From Octopus sinensis (Eukaryota), in assembly GCF_006345805.1 (NCBI RefSeq), contig NC_042999.1, positions 17,980,001-18,044,000 on the forward strand: 64,000 nucleotides of DNA, in the 5' to 3' direction. The translations under genes were made by a program, and so were the position numbers. Below the pieces are notes generated by a model, which was not told where the DNA came from, ran no database searches, and saw only the letters and a list, made by a program, of their open reading frames with translations. Of this stretch, positions 27,557 to 39,556 are shown piece after piece; position 1 is the stretch's first letter, and each line of letters begins with the position of its first letter.

Positions 27557-28556
27557 TGTGTGTGTGTGCTAGTATGTGTGTGTATATGGCCTTATGTAGA
27601 TAGTATCCAACGACCCAGTGAAAACCAGATGAATATGAGTCCGCGAAAAGTGGATGCATGGATGTACACAAATATGAAAGAGAATGATTTTAATAACGTG
27701 TTTCACAACTTACAAATAAAGTGAGGAGATTCCCCATATGAAACTTCTTGTTTTCAAAGCGATTTCAATTAAATTGTATATATAGTGTAAAAATAAATTG
27801 CTAATATCGCCTTTCTTATGAAACCTAGAGTGTAATCACATATGGAAATAATTACATCAACATCTGTTCGAAGGGGAGATATATATACGTCCAAACGGCA
27901 AGCTCAAATAAAAGCCCTGCAAGATATCTAAACGATTGTCACTGAATCGTTGTTGGAAATGCTAGAAACATTATAATTTTCTTAAATAAAATATGCTATT
28001 GACTTGATAAATGAGAACATGCTTAACAGATATTAATCAATGTTATTGGAAAAAGTACACGGATATGTGTGAAACGCATGGCGTAGGCAGTCCGCTCGAA
28101 GAAGCGTAAATTTGAACCAAGCTGCAAATATTAAGAAATCCTATAAACGTTAATGTGATCGGAGAAACAGCGCAGTCTACGCATACAAATATCGCAACAA
28201 CGGTGAACTTTATCTGTGTAAACGAAGGAAGATGAAGAAGTGTGCATACATGCATTCTTGGTGGTTCGGCAACAGGAAGACAGACTAATTTCTAAGCTTT
28301 AAACTATAAATACTGAAGCAGAATCATTCGGCTATAATCGTGCAAAGCTTTGGTCTAACGACTGGTATAAATAAAATATAAAAGATGTGTGTGTGTATGA
28401 GAATACCTCTCTCTCTTCTCTCTCTCTCTCTCTCTCTCCGTATATATATATATATACCAGAGTAAGCACATAAATGCTAAACAAGGTGGAAAAATGAGTA
28501 CTCAAATACCAGAGGTAGAGTAAAATGTTTTATTTAAATGCAGCAGAAATATAACA

Positions 28557-28601
28557 AAAACTGTTACTCAGAGTTTCACGTTCCCGTCGTCGGACAGTTT
28601 T
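28557..28601 (-). ncRNA. Type-I hammerhead, slightly degenerate, in a ~170 bp element ending in (TA)n at ~28455
   Basis: aaaactgt-CCGACGA-cg-ggaa-cgt-GAAA-CTC-T-GAG-TA^acagtttt. 8 bp stem I and near-palindromic stem III; U4C and one stem II base missing. Confidence 0.6.
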
Positions 28602-28687
28602 GTTAAATTAGAACAGGAATAACGATATGATCATAACTAGTTAAAGGATTATATGTATATAAATATATATATACATACATACATACA

Positions 28688-28729
<42 letters not shown>

Positions 28730-29779
28730 CATACACACATACACACACACATGTAATGCCTTATCTTGACAACGTACCGACGGAGAGCGCTTATGTTGAT
28801 GGGCTGTCTGCAATATCTAATATCATATCCAAAGACAATTTTCTATAAATCGTATGGGCAATAATGCGATGGCTGTGTGGCGCTGTGCATTAGTAATGTT
28901 GCCCCAGAGTGTACAAATACAATTAATATGAGTTGAGTTGTATCGTATTTCATTCCTTTCACAATTTCACTGTTGATTTTAAGAGGAACGGATATCAATC
29001 ATGAGCAATTTCCTTGTGGGCATTACAACGCGTTGATTAAGAAAAAGACAATTCTAAGGATACCAAATATAGAGATAGACGTAGAACGTGAGATGAAAAG
29101 TTTCGCTGAGAAAGGGGAAGCCTCCATGTTAAATTCGTGCTTTCTGTTTCAATTTTAATTGCTCTATTTCAAAAGTAATTTATTTCTAAGAAATCTGGAC
29201 ATTATAAGAAGTGACAATGATCGCTGTACTGTTAATGACCGAATGCACCCTGCAATTAATGATTCAATACCCGTTCGTTATATATTTCATTACCGTGTAA
29301 TGTATTGTAATTTCAGAATGTACAAGAAAGCCGAGTAAGGTAATATGAGGTTCGTTTTAATTTCAACTCCGCTGTTTCAGGAACAATAATTAGATTCTAA
29401 TTTGAAACATGCGGGGTATCCAACAGAGGAACACATCCGCGTTTTAGTGCAAAATACTTCATTATTAGAAATATTCAATTACTTTCACATCCTGCACTTG
29501 TTTGCAGTCCGGTAAATGTCGATGATATTCATAGAGGGAATAATTTAAGGTCATATGTGATAGATTTAATTAAATGGTTAGGAATTCTGATATGACCACA
29601 CGCAATGTTGAGACATTTTTCTAATAAAGTAAAAGACTACACTCGAGAAAAGGAATAAATTGAGTGCCAAAATAAACGAAAATTTGGAAAATAATACAAA
29701 GAATGCGTGCCTGAGTTTATATATGTGGGTGTGTGATTGTGTGTGCCTGGGTTCTGAGTGTCTTAGGCAAATAATTTGG

Positions 29780-30362
29780 GGTATTGTGTCAGGCGATTAG
29801 ATCGACACCAGTATGGAGCTGATAATTAATTTATCGACCCCGAAAGGATTCCAAGGCAAAGTCGACCTAGGCGGAATTTGAACTGACAAAACTAAAGATA
29901 GACGAAATACCGCTATGCATTACCCCGGCATGCAAAATGATTCTACCAGCTCGTCGCCTTAAAATCTTTTCTACTCTAGGGACAAGGTCCGAAATATTTG
30001 GGGAGGGACCTGTTGATTAGATCGACACTAGTAAACAAATGGTACTTAATTTATAGATCCCGAAATGAAAAAAAACGTTAAAGTCGACCTTGGCGGAATT
30101 TGCACTCAGAACATAAAGACAGACGAAATACCTATTTGTTTACCACCCACAAGGGGCTGAACATAGAGAGAACAAACAATACAGACACACAGATTAAGTC
30201 GATTATATCTTCACCAGTGCGTAACTGGTACTTATTTAATCGACCCCGAAAGGATGAAGAGCAAAGTCGACCTCGGCGGAATTTGAGCTCAGTACGTGGC
30301 GACAGAAGAAAGACCACTAATCATTTTGCCCGGCGTGCTAACGTGTCTGCCAGTTCGCCGCC
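29780..30362 (-). mobile_element. Cluster of SINE family B copies and partial copies
   Basis: Three gtcgacct(c/t/a)ggcggaattt cores. Confidence 0.8.
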
Positions 30363-30884
30363 TTTCGTTTATATAGTGCATTTATCTCATTGGGAAAGCG
30401 TTTGTCAGATCCGCTGATTATGTAAATAATTCAGTATCACATAAATAGTAAAAATCGATATCCTAATATATTAATAATCAATTTGATAAGAATTAAAGTT
30501 ATTCGGAAGTTATTAACAGTAAACGAATAAAGACAAATTATTGTCTTACTTTTAACTTTCATAAAAATACTAATTTAAAAAAAAATTTAAATAGAAATAA
30601 TAAAAACAATATCAATAACAACAATGATAATAATAAAAGTATCAACTATTGCAACCACCCCAATCCTAGTAATGATAATACCAATTTTAATAACACTCTA
30701 GATCACAATACTCCTCGTATTAATAGTTCACTTTTAAGTACTGATCCAGTTGTAAATAACTCTCTCCCACAGTACAACCTATGTGACTGCAGAAATAAAA
30801 ATAATTGCTTACTTAATATGGCATGTAAAAGAAAAATATAATATACCACTGCACTCTCACAACACAGTATAGTAAACACACACA

Positions 30885-31221
<337 letters not shown>

Positions 31222-31486
31222 TAGCAATTAAGGACAACTACTTAATAAGGAAAACTTAACAAGAAATTGTCAGGTAGATAGCGTGAAAAACTCATACGAG
31301 AAAAAATTTCGAAAATATTATTTCTTATTGAACATATTAATTTATATATAGAGGGCATTATACATACATGCCAGATGGCATTATACATACATGCCACACG
31401 CTAAGAGGGACTATTAGTCATTTCTACCAAAAATATTACTAATCCCACCGAATGCAATTTTTCAAAGTAAGACATTTAAAAAATAT

Positions 31487-31534
31487 AGACCTGTATCACA
31501 GTGATTTCATACTTACGTATTCATCAGCAGGCCT
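31487..31534 (-). ncRNA. Intact type-I hammerhead ribozyme, copy 1
   Basis: aggcctg-CTGATGA-ATAC-gtaa-GTAT-GAAA-TCAC-T-GTGA-TA^caggtct. 7 bp stem I, GNRA-capped stem II, canonical core, AUA cleavage triplet. Confidence 0.85.
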
Positions 31535-31963
31535 GGATGTATCATACATAAACGACCCTGCCTCGCTTAAGCCGATCAGCTAACTGATCAACATCAACGA
31601 AGCACATGGGTGAGTTTACATATATTACATCCTGTAAATGTCAGACTTTTTACGAATTGCATTTCGGGAAAGGAAAAGTTTTTTCGGAATAAAAATTTAG
31701 CAATTAAGGACAACTACTTAATAAGGAAAACTTAACAAGAAATTGTCAGGTAGATAGCGTGAAAACCTCATACGAGAAAAAATTTCGAAAATAATTATTT
31801 CTTATTGAACATATTAATTTATATATAGAGGGCATTATACATACATGCCAGATGGCATTATACATACATGCCACACGCTAAGAGGGACAATTAGTCATTT
31901 CTATCAAAAATATTACTAATCCCACCGAATGCAATTTTTCAAAGTAAGACATTTAAAAAATAT

Positions 31964-32011
31964 AGACCTGTATCACAGTGATTTCATACTTACGTATTCA
32001 TCAGCAGGCCT
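31964..32011 (-). ncRNA. Intact type-I hammerhead ribozyme, copy 2
   Basis: Identical to 31487-31534, 477 bp away. Confidence 0.85.
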
Positions 32012-32546
32012 GGATGTATCATACATAAACGACCCTGCCTCGCTTAAGCCGATCAGCTAACTGATCAATATCAACGAAGCACATGGGTGAGTTTACATAT
32101 ATTACATCTTGTAATTGTCAGACTTTTACTTATAGCACATACTTTCAGACGTAAGTATGAAATCACTGTGATACAGGTCTATATTTTTTAAATGTCTTAC
32201 TTTGAAAAATTGCATTCGGTGGGATTAGTAATATTTTTGGTAGAAATGACTAATAGTCCCTCTTAGCGTGTGGCATGTATGTATAATGCCATCTTATTTC
32301 TTTATTACGATTATACAATCGTTACATAGAAGTACAAATACAGGACATACATGCAAAACAAATAATTAAGAGGTTCGATTTAAAAATTTTTCCATAACAT
32401 TTGGATTAAAAAATTCGTCTATAAATTGTCCTTTACGTGACCAATAGAATCTTATAACATTTCATAACCTTTCGATCTTACCGAAGTTTTAAACCCCGGC
32501 AATTTATAAGGCCCCGCAGCTTTTGTTTCCTCTCCTCCCTCCATAG

Positions 32547-35500
32547 TTAAGCTGGGTTTCTGACACCCACCTTTTTTTCCACTTCCTTCCATCTTTTCTC
32601 ATACACACCCCGTGGTAAGATCCTCTTTTCCAGCCCCATTTTGCTCTTCAGATGATATCTGAAGTAAGTGAGCAAGCCGGGGCCGAGACAAAGGATCCTA
32701 TCGCGACTCCTTCCATTCTTGTTCTCCACATGCATTCTTTTACTACTGCAACCGTGCAGTGGAAACATGCCTCACCTTCCTTCGAGAGTCCAGTTGGCGG
32801 TATCATCTTAATCATAGACTCAGCCGACAGCTGTACTCGTCCCAGATGCGATAACACGTGTTCTGCGTAACTTATCAAGTCGGACAACTTCCGACAGTGT
32901 ACAAAGGCGTGCTGGACGGTTTCATCGTCCAACTCGCACCTTGGACACGTCGGTGGCACTGAAATTCCGTGCCGCGATAACTTCTCGCGAACAGGTAAAG
33001 CATTCCTATAGCACTGCCAGGCCAGGGATCTTTGGAAATTATCCAAGTACCCCGTCCTGAAAGTCTTTTTAAACAGGTTGGTAAGCTGGTCTTCGTCAAA
33101 CCCCAGAGCCCCTCCTAGGACGTCGTCGTTCTTTGCCTCTACCAGCCTTCTATAAAATACCGAGGTGGTATTTCCGCAGCCGGCCTTGCCCGCCTTGTGG
33201 ATCAGCGTGAGTGCCTGTCGGCACTCCTTTTACCATAAAGTCAGTTTCCATCTTTTGATGCGACCGGGTTTAAAATTCACTAAGGAGGCCGGTCTCGGGA
33301 AAAATTCCCCTGCCAGCGAACTCCACACCTTATCACCCTCCAGGTGGTGCCAGAGATGCTTCAGCCTCAACGCATGTCTGCGCATCATCAACCAAGGCAT
33401 TCCTAACCCACCCTTTAACGGTTCCTGGCAGCAAACGGAGCGCCTCACAAGTGGCTTTCCTCCCTTCCACAAAAAGCGGAAAAGGATTCGCTCCAACTTG
33501 CTAAGCCATGAATCGGGGCAAGGGACAACGGTCAGGCGGTAAGTGATTACAGATGCAATGAACATCTGTACCACCTCCGCCCTTCCTTTCAAGGACAGAA
33601 ACCTTCCGGACCAGGTCCGTACTATGGCCTCCACCTTGCTCGTCACCTCACTCCAGTTCCTCTCCGTTTGGGAGTCTGGCCCAAACCAGACTCCTAGCAA
33701 CTTAACAGGCCATCCGTCCAGTGTCCCACGACACTGGACGATATCGACTTGCTCCTCCAGGTGCCGAGGCGCAAGCCAACCGACTTGTCCTTGTTAACCT
33801 TTGCTCCTGCCACCGCCTCGTATCCTCTGATAGCCTCTTCCACACAAGGTAGCTGGGCCTCATTGGACACGATGAGGGTGACGTCATCCGCATAAGCAGT
33901 AACCGTCCTCCCACCTCCGATCTCATCCGAGTTGCTTCCCGGCCTCTCCAACTTTCGCAGCAATGGCTCAAGAGCCAACACGTACAAAAGTGGTGACAAG
34001 GGGCACCCTTGTCGAACTGAACATTCGATCGAAAACGGTTCCGTTAGGTAACCGTTTATCTGGACGGTGGACTTGATGCCGCTATACATAGCGGAGATCC
34101 ACCCGCGAAATTCAGGGCCCAGTCCAGCCGCTTCGAGGACTGTCGCCAGGTACTCATGGTCTACCCTATCGAACGCTTTACTTTGGTCTAAATGGACCAT
34201 TACCCCGCCCTTGCCGGTTAATTTACCCACCCTGTCTAAGGTGTAGCGTATAAGGTGAAGATTGTCCTGGATCGACCTGCCTGGAATTGCACATGTCTGT
34301 GCTCTCCCTACAAGTTTCTCCACGACAACCGTCAACCTTTTTGCCAACACCTTGGCCAAAATCTTTAAATCTACATTAAGTAGAGTTATGGGCCTGTAGT
34401 TACTAATGTTATCCCCCTTGCTCGGGTCTTTCTGGATTAGCGTCACCACTCCCCGGCTTACAGAGCTGGGAATTCTCCCATTCTGCTGCCAGTTCGTGTA
34501 GACGCCTGCCAATATTCCCCCGAACAAGTCCGGCATACTTTGGTAAAACTCGTAGGGCAGACCATCCAACCCCGGCGACTTCTCCCCGGCGCATCCGGCC
34601 AGTATCCCCTCTATCTCCGCGGGAGTGATCGCTTCTTCACAGCACTCCACCTCACGCCCCGAGAGCCACGGCCCGCCGGCCAGGAAGTCCTTTAAGGTCC
34701 TCCCCCGCTCCGGCGCCACACCACCCCCGAACACGCGGGCGAAATGCTGGTGAAGAAACTTTTGCATCTCCTCCTGTCCATAGATATTTTTTCCCTGTTC
34801 GTCTGTTAAAGATTTGATTGAGGCTTTGTTACCTCTCTGACTCTCCACTCGACGGGCCCATCCGGCAACGTTAATACCTTCTCGTTTCCCAGCGCGTAGC
34901 TTAGCTCTGACTCTGCAACCTTCGTGTTTGGAGTTAAGGTGACGGTACAATACCGTCCTTGCCGCCAACACTCCGGATGCAGAGCCAGCTTCAATTGCCT
35001 CGTTTAGATTCTTAACTACATCGTCCTCTATCCTAGACCTATCTAACCTTAGCTGATTGCTAAATCTAATGGACTCTGAACGAATGGCTCTTTTGAGGGA
35101 GTGCCACCATCTATTGTTAATGATGGTGCCACACAATGCCCTCTGTACTAACACCTTAATCCGGGTACGGAAGTCTTCACAATTCAAAATAGCCTTGTTC
35201 AGCTTCCAGTACCCGGATCCCTGTCTATGACACTTGTCCAATTGCATCCTACACGTCACAAATTTGTGATCCGTGTAAGGCACAATGTGGAACTGTGGAC
35301 AACTAAACGTATCCTTATCTCTTTTCTTAATAAATATCCTATCTAAATACGATCTGCGTGAGCCGTCGTTGTTACTCCACGTCCACTGTGGAACGCTCGG
35401 CTCATCCAGTCGGTAACGGTCCACTAGATCAAAGCTCTCTAGTAGACCCTTGAGGCTAGGGTTCCCCTTCCTATTGGTTGAGCCAACACTGTCGACCCGC

Positions 35501-35926
35501 GCTTCAAGGACAGTGTTAAGGTCCCCTACTAGGATTACCGTTTTCGACGTCGCTAAAAAGGGCTCCAGGTTCCGAAAAAAACCCGTCTGTCTACTCTCGT
35601 TCGGAGCGTAGACAGCTACCAACCTGAAGGACTGTTTACTTACGTGGGTCACATCCAGAACAACCAGCCTGCCTTCTGGGTCCAGAAAGACAGTACTTAC
35701 CTGCAAGTCCAAGCTCTTCCTGATAAGGACTGCCACGCCTCTGCCTCTTCCTCGGCTAGGAGAAATAAATTTCTCGAACCCATTTAGAAGAGGCGAGAAC
35801 GCCGTTCATCTTGGACTCGGTTGCAATAGCTATGTCTACTCCATGTGTCGTGAGGTCGTCCAGGAAGCAAATTTGTTTCCATTCCGACCCCATTCCACGT
35901 ACATTCACAAAACCCAGCTTAGCCAT
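32547..35926 (-). pseudogene. LINE ORF2 (APE endonuclease + RT + zinc finger) split by several frameshifts
   Basis: Starts MAKLGFVNVRGM...DIAIATES (ATG at 35926, shifted by 1 nt relative to the 680 aa ORF). Motifs: VILVGDLN, YLDRIF, TDHK, KSPGLDG, YRPITLLNVDLK, LDQSKAFDRVDH, GVRQGCPLSP-like (SVRQGCPLSP), YADD, KGGLG, CPRC..ETVQHAFVHC. Confidence 0.92.
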
Positions 35927-36299
35927 TGTTGGTGAGAGAAAAAATAAATGAACTTACGGTTGAGAAAGGGAGCATGACAGTTTAAATCTGCCCGCTTCCC
36001 CTTCTTCCTCCCTTGTGGTCGTAGCTGCAGGGCTCTTGACTGGCGTTGCCACCGGGCTCTCGGTAGGTGTGGTTGCCGGGGTTATCACAAGTTTACCCTT
36101 CAGTACTTCTTTTGTTACATCTCTAATCAGTCTGTTCTTTAGATGTTCCTGCAGTACTTCCTCCTTCCACCCGTCTTCCCCCACTTTTGCGAAGCGAGTG
36201 GTTGCTTTTATGTCTGTAGCCTTGCTAAATAGTTGGAATTTTGAAAATTTATAGTATTTATATACCCTTTCGTTTTTTTCATCAAAAGCAATGATCTTA

Positions 36300-37385
36300 T
36301 CATTTTATTTTAAAGACTTTTTCACATCTTGTTTTATGGGGAGGGGCTTGGCAAACTGTTTCCCAATGAAAACAGTGCCATGGGGGTAGGGCTGGGGAAT
36401 TTGCTTTATGTGTGTGTCTGCGGTGCTTGCTGAATTTTTCCTTGTTTGGGGAGGGGAGTCCAGGGTGTTGTCTTTTTTTCTTTTGTGTGTCACCTGTGTA
36501 AAATCCATTTGTTCGGTACAATCCGTTTCTGTTTCTTTTCTTGTCGTCGTCTTGTTTTTTTCCCCCCTTCTCCCCTTCAGTGTTAGACGCACTTTGAGGA
36601 GGGGCTTCATTGGTTTTCTTTTTTTTTAAGCAGTTCGAGCGGACGTGCCCCTTCTCGCCACATTTAAAACATCTGGGTCTGCGCCCCTCCACTGACACTC
36701 TCATGGACGTTCCATCTTCGTTAAATATTCTATCGGGCAGGTTCTCCAATATCTTGTTCTCTGCTTGAACGAGGAGTTCCAGCGTCTGTCCCTTCCAGCG
36801 TACCTCCTCTTTCCTTCTCATCTGCAGAATCGAAATCTCCCCCTCAACATTGTGCAGGACCGCCGCTGCTACCCACATAATATCATACCCTCTCGGTATG
36901 TCCTCTACCAGCAGTTTAGCTGTTCGTTTTCCCATATACGAGGGTAGCAGCATGATGTCATCATTTTTCAGGGTCAATGATGACACCTCTCTTGCTACCT
37001 CAGCCGAGTCAAAATGCGCTTCAACAGTAGCGCTTCGAGCACCTCGAACGACATGGCGAATTTTGTCCCACAGCGGGGACAAGCACTTTTCGACAATTTC
37101 ATTCCTGACGTCCATAATTTTCTTTTCTTTGTAGCTATACACTTTGTATATCACTGTTTTTTCCTTTATTTCTTGTACCTTCGCTTGCGGCGGCACAAGT
37201 CTGATCTCGTTTCCTTCCATTTTCACCAAGTTCCTAAACTCGAACAGTTGTTCGATCTTGAATTCAACGTCCATCATGGTTCCGCCTACCGCGGCCGAAA
37301 AAGACTGTTTCGTTACTTCCGTGTCCTTTAATTCACTTGTTCCCATCGCGGGAAAATCATTCTTCGACGCCAAGTCGAAATCCAT
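36300..37385 (-). CDS. LINE ORF1 (gag-like nucleic-acid-binding protein); true C-terminus probably continues to ~35950 through A-tract frameshifts
   Basis: 361 aa ORF with the CX2CX4HX4C knuckle CFKCGEKGHVRSNC. Other frames (36305-36610, 35954-36250) look like a coding continuation. Confidence 0.75.
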   Translation of the reverse strand: MDFDLASKNDFPAMGTSELKDTEVTKQSFSAAVGGTMMDVEFKIEQLFEFRNLVKMEGNEIRLVPPQAKVQEIKEKTVIYKVYSYKEKKIMDVRNEIVEKCLSPLWDKIRHVVRGARSATVEAHFDSAEVAREVSSLTLKNDDIMLLPSYMGKRTAKLLVEDIPRGYDIMWVAAAVLHNVEGEISILQMRRKEEVRWKGQTLELLVQAENKILENLPDRIFNEDGTSMRVSVEGRRPRCFKCGEKGHVRSNCLKKKKTNEAPPQSASNTEGEKGGKKQDDDKKRNRNGLYRTNGFYTGDTQKKKRQHPGLPSPNKEKFSKHRRHTHKANSPALPPWHCFHWETVCQAPPHKTRCEKVFKIK

Positions 37386-37446
37386 TTCTCAAAAAAATTA
37401 CCTCGAAGGTAATAACAATTTTAAATACAGAATTTTCTGCCCCGTA

Positions 37447-37965
37447 GGGGTGGTGGGGGTGTTACTGATGCATTTAGCCCCAGGCGACTATAGACGTCAC
37501 CAGGAGAGCCGACCACCCCGCCCTGTCCCTAGCCACATTCAGATGGCTGGTCCCGCTTATATTACAGAGCAGTTACTGTTTATACCTCGCTTAGAGATTT
37601 ATTATTGTTATCGAACAGATTTTCGACGCCAGTGACTGTGTTTACAGTGAAAATCTATATATTTCTAGCATGTAGAGGAAGTCCCTCAACGAAGAACGGT
37701 GCTTGCCATGCGCTGACGAGAGGCGACCACCCCGAAACCGGTCCGTGTGTAGCATCCGTATCTTCGGGGAGGCTGATCTCCCTTTACAGGCTAGCAAGGA
37801 CACCGTGATGGTGTCGGCTCTCCTGGTGACGTCTATAGTCGCCTGGGGCTAAATGCATCAGTAACACCCCCACCACCCCGCCCTGTCCCTAGCCACATTC
37901 AGATGGCTGGTCCCGCTTATATTACAGAGCAGTTACTGCTTATACCTCGCTTAGAGATTTATTAT
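37447..37965 (+). mobile_element. Retrozyme/pLTR-like element: 360 bp unit, 93 bp terminal direct repeat, 67 bp inverted 5' fragment
   Basis: 37513-37605 matches 37873-37965 (1 mismatch). 37447-37513 is the exact reverse complement of 37813-37879. The 3' end abuts (TA)n. Confidence 0.85.
37707..37749 (+). ncRNA. Minimal PLE-type hammerhead
   Basis: catgcg-CTGACGA-gagg-cgacca-cccc-GAAA-CCG-GTC^cgtgtg. 6 bp stem I with two G-U pairs, palindromic ACCGGT stem III, one A-C mismatch in stem II. Confidence 0.7.
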
Positions 37966-38070
37966 CATATATATATATATATATAAATATGTGTGTCTAC
38001 GTATATATGCATACACACATGTATATATATACATACATGCATACATAATACACACGCACACATATATATA

Positions 38071-38340
38071 TTATATATAAAATCCGTTCTGTCCGTCTGT
38101 CTGTGTGTGTGTGTCTTCTAGGATCACGGGCATCCTCCATCCAATTGCGTTCAAATTTGATATGTATATACCGATGGTATCATGGCGTGTAAAATTACAA
38201 ACATCGATTCTAGGTGAGAATACTATCGATAAAGCCGTGGGAAATCGTTTTTCTTTGGAATAGAAAAAATGCCTGTCGTTATTTCTTCTTTGTTGTTGTC
38301 TTAAATTTAGATTAAATCAGTGTTTCTGAAAGGGGAGACC
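38071..38340 (+). mobile_element. Possible Helentron/DINE-1-like non-autonomous element fragment
   Basis: tatatataaaatccgttctgtccgtctgtctg...caaatttgat resembles HINE 5' ends; resemblance from memory only. Confidence 0.3.
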
Positions 38341-38437
38341 TATGGGACGGTCGGACAAGTTGTTTTGAGAAAATTTGGTTTAAATGTTTGACAACTCAGC
38401 ACCGTCCATTGCATAGGGTGCGTTTTTCTCGTATACA

Positions 38438-38547
<110 letters not shown>

Positions 38548-38700
38548 CTAACAATATAGGATGAAGTCCCTTTCTCTACAGAAAAGGATTCCATCAAAAA
38601 GCGTGGCAGTATATTTAAAAATCCTTTACGGTTGATGTATAAACATCTTATAATTAAGGGCTAAAGAAGGTTATTCTATAGCCAATACACTGATTTATCC

Positions 38701-38948
38701 ACTTATAATCCTCTTGTTACAGGAAAATTGAACTGAAAGCGGGCAACTAACCTTTAGAAAATTTAAATTTCGTTATCTCTATATTGAATCAATTTCGGAA
38801 TTAATCCCTATAAAGGATATATTCTTCTTCATTATTCTTCTTCATTCGGATTAATTCCGAAATTGATTCCATATAGAGATAACGAAATTTTCTAAAGGTT
38901 AGTTGCCTGCTTTCAGTTCAATTTTCCTGTAACAAGTGGATTATAAGT
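38701..38948. repeat. ~105 bp-arm inverted repeat abutting (TA)n
   Basis: 38701-38807 pairs with 38848-38948; the spacer contains attcttcttcatt twice. Confidence 0.9.
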
Positions 38949-38973
38949 TATATATATATATATATATATATAT

Positions 38974-39556
38974 ATTACATTATATAAAAGGGCTTAGTAA
39001 AATAAATTACTTTGCCGCATACTGAACTCATTAGAAATAGCAGCTAAAAAACTTTTTTAAGGCTATTTCTAATACTTAAAGAAAATCTCTCTCATATATA
39101 GTGTTTGCTTAATTCAACTCACAAAAGTTTGGGGGTAAGGACATCGAAAAATCAAATGCTAAGGTTATTCGAGAACGTACGTTTCAAGATTAGTCAAAAC
39201 AACATTTCTATCATCGGCTCAGAAATTCCTTGGTTTGGATTTGGAAACACTGAAAATAAGGACATACCCTTTCGAAGATCTGCTCCCAACTAACAGTGCC
39301 AACAAATTCAAAATAAGCAAGCGAAGAATCTTTGTTCTCCCCCTTCCACCAGTGTGGGTTGAAATCATCAAACACTATGCTTATTTCGGTAAAATCCGAA
39401 GTATTATCAGAGGGAGATTAATTATAATTTCAACAATTGAGGGCAAAATTAATTAATTATTATCAATTTCACCAAGTGTTCAGTATGCAAAGGGACCATT
39501 CAAGGCGAATTCAATTATTACATTATATAAAAGGGCTTAGTAAAATAAATTACTTT
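38974..39556. mobile_element. 543 bp unit with 40 bp terminal direct repeat between (TA)n tracts
   Basis: attacattatataaaagggcttagtaaaataaattacttt at 38974 and 39517; related sequence at 42960-43300. Confidence 0.6.

Larger units (their letters stand above)
31222..32295 (-). mobile_element. Retrozyme/pLTR-like element: ~1.9 tandem copies of a 476-477 bp unit plus inverted fragment (32149-32295)
   Basis: 31222-31655 matches 31698-32130 almost exactly. 32149-32295 is the reverse complement of ~31372-31518. The 3' end abuts (TA)n. Confidence 0.85.
32296..37446 (-). mobile_element. Near full-length Tx1/L1-clade LINE (~5.1 kb), frameshifted
   Basis: ORF1 with CCHC knuckle, then ORF2 with APE, RT and a C-terminal CCHC; 3' end aataaagaaata. 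GC content is clearly higher than the flanks. Confidence 0.92.

Noticed and set aside
31515-31635. Strong splice-like sites (AC|gtaagt on minus, GG|gtgagt on plus) as an exon
   Set aside because: All frames contain stops, and gtaagt is explained as the stem II/GNRA loop of the hammerhead.
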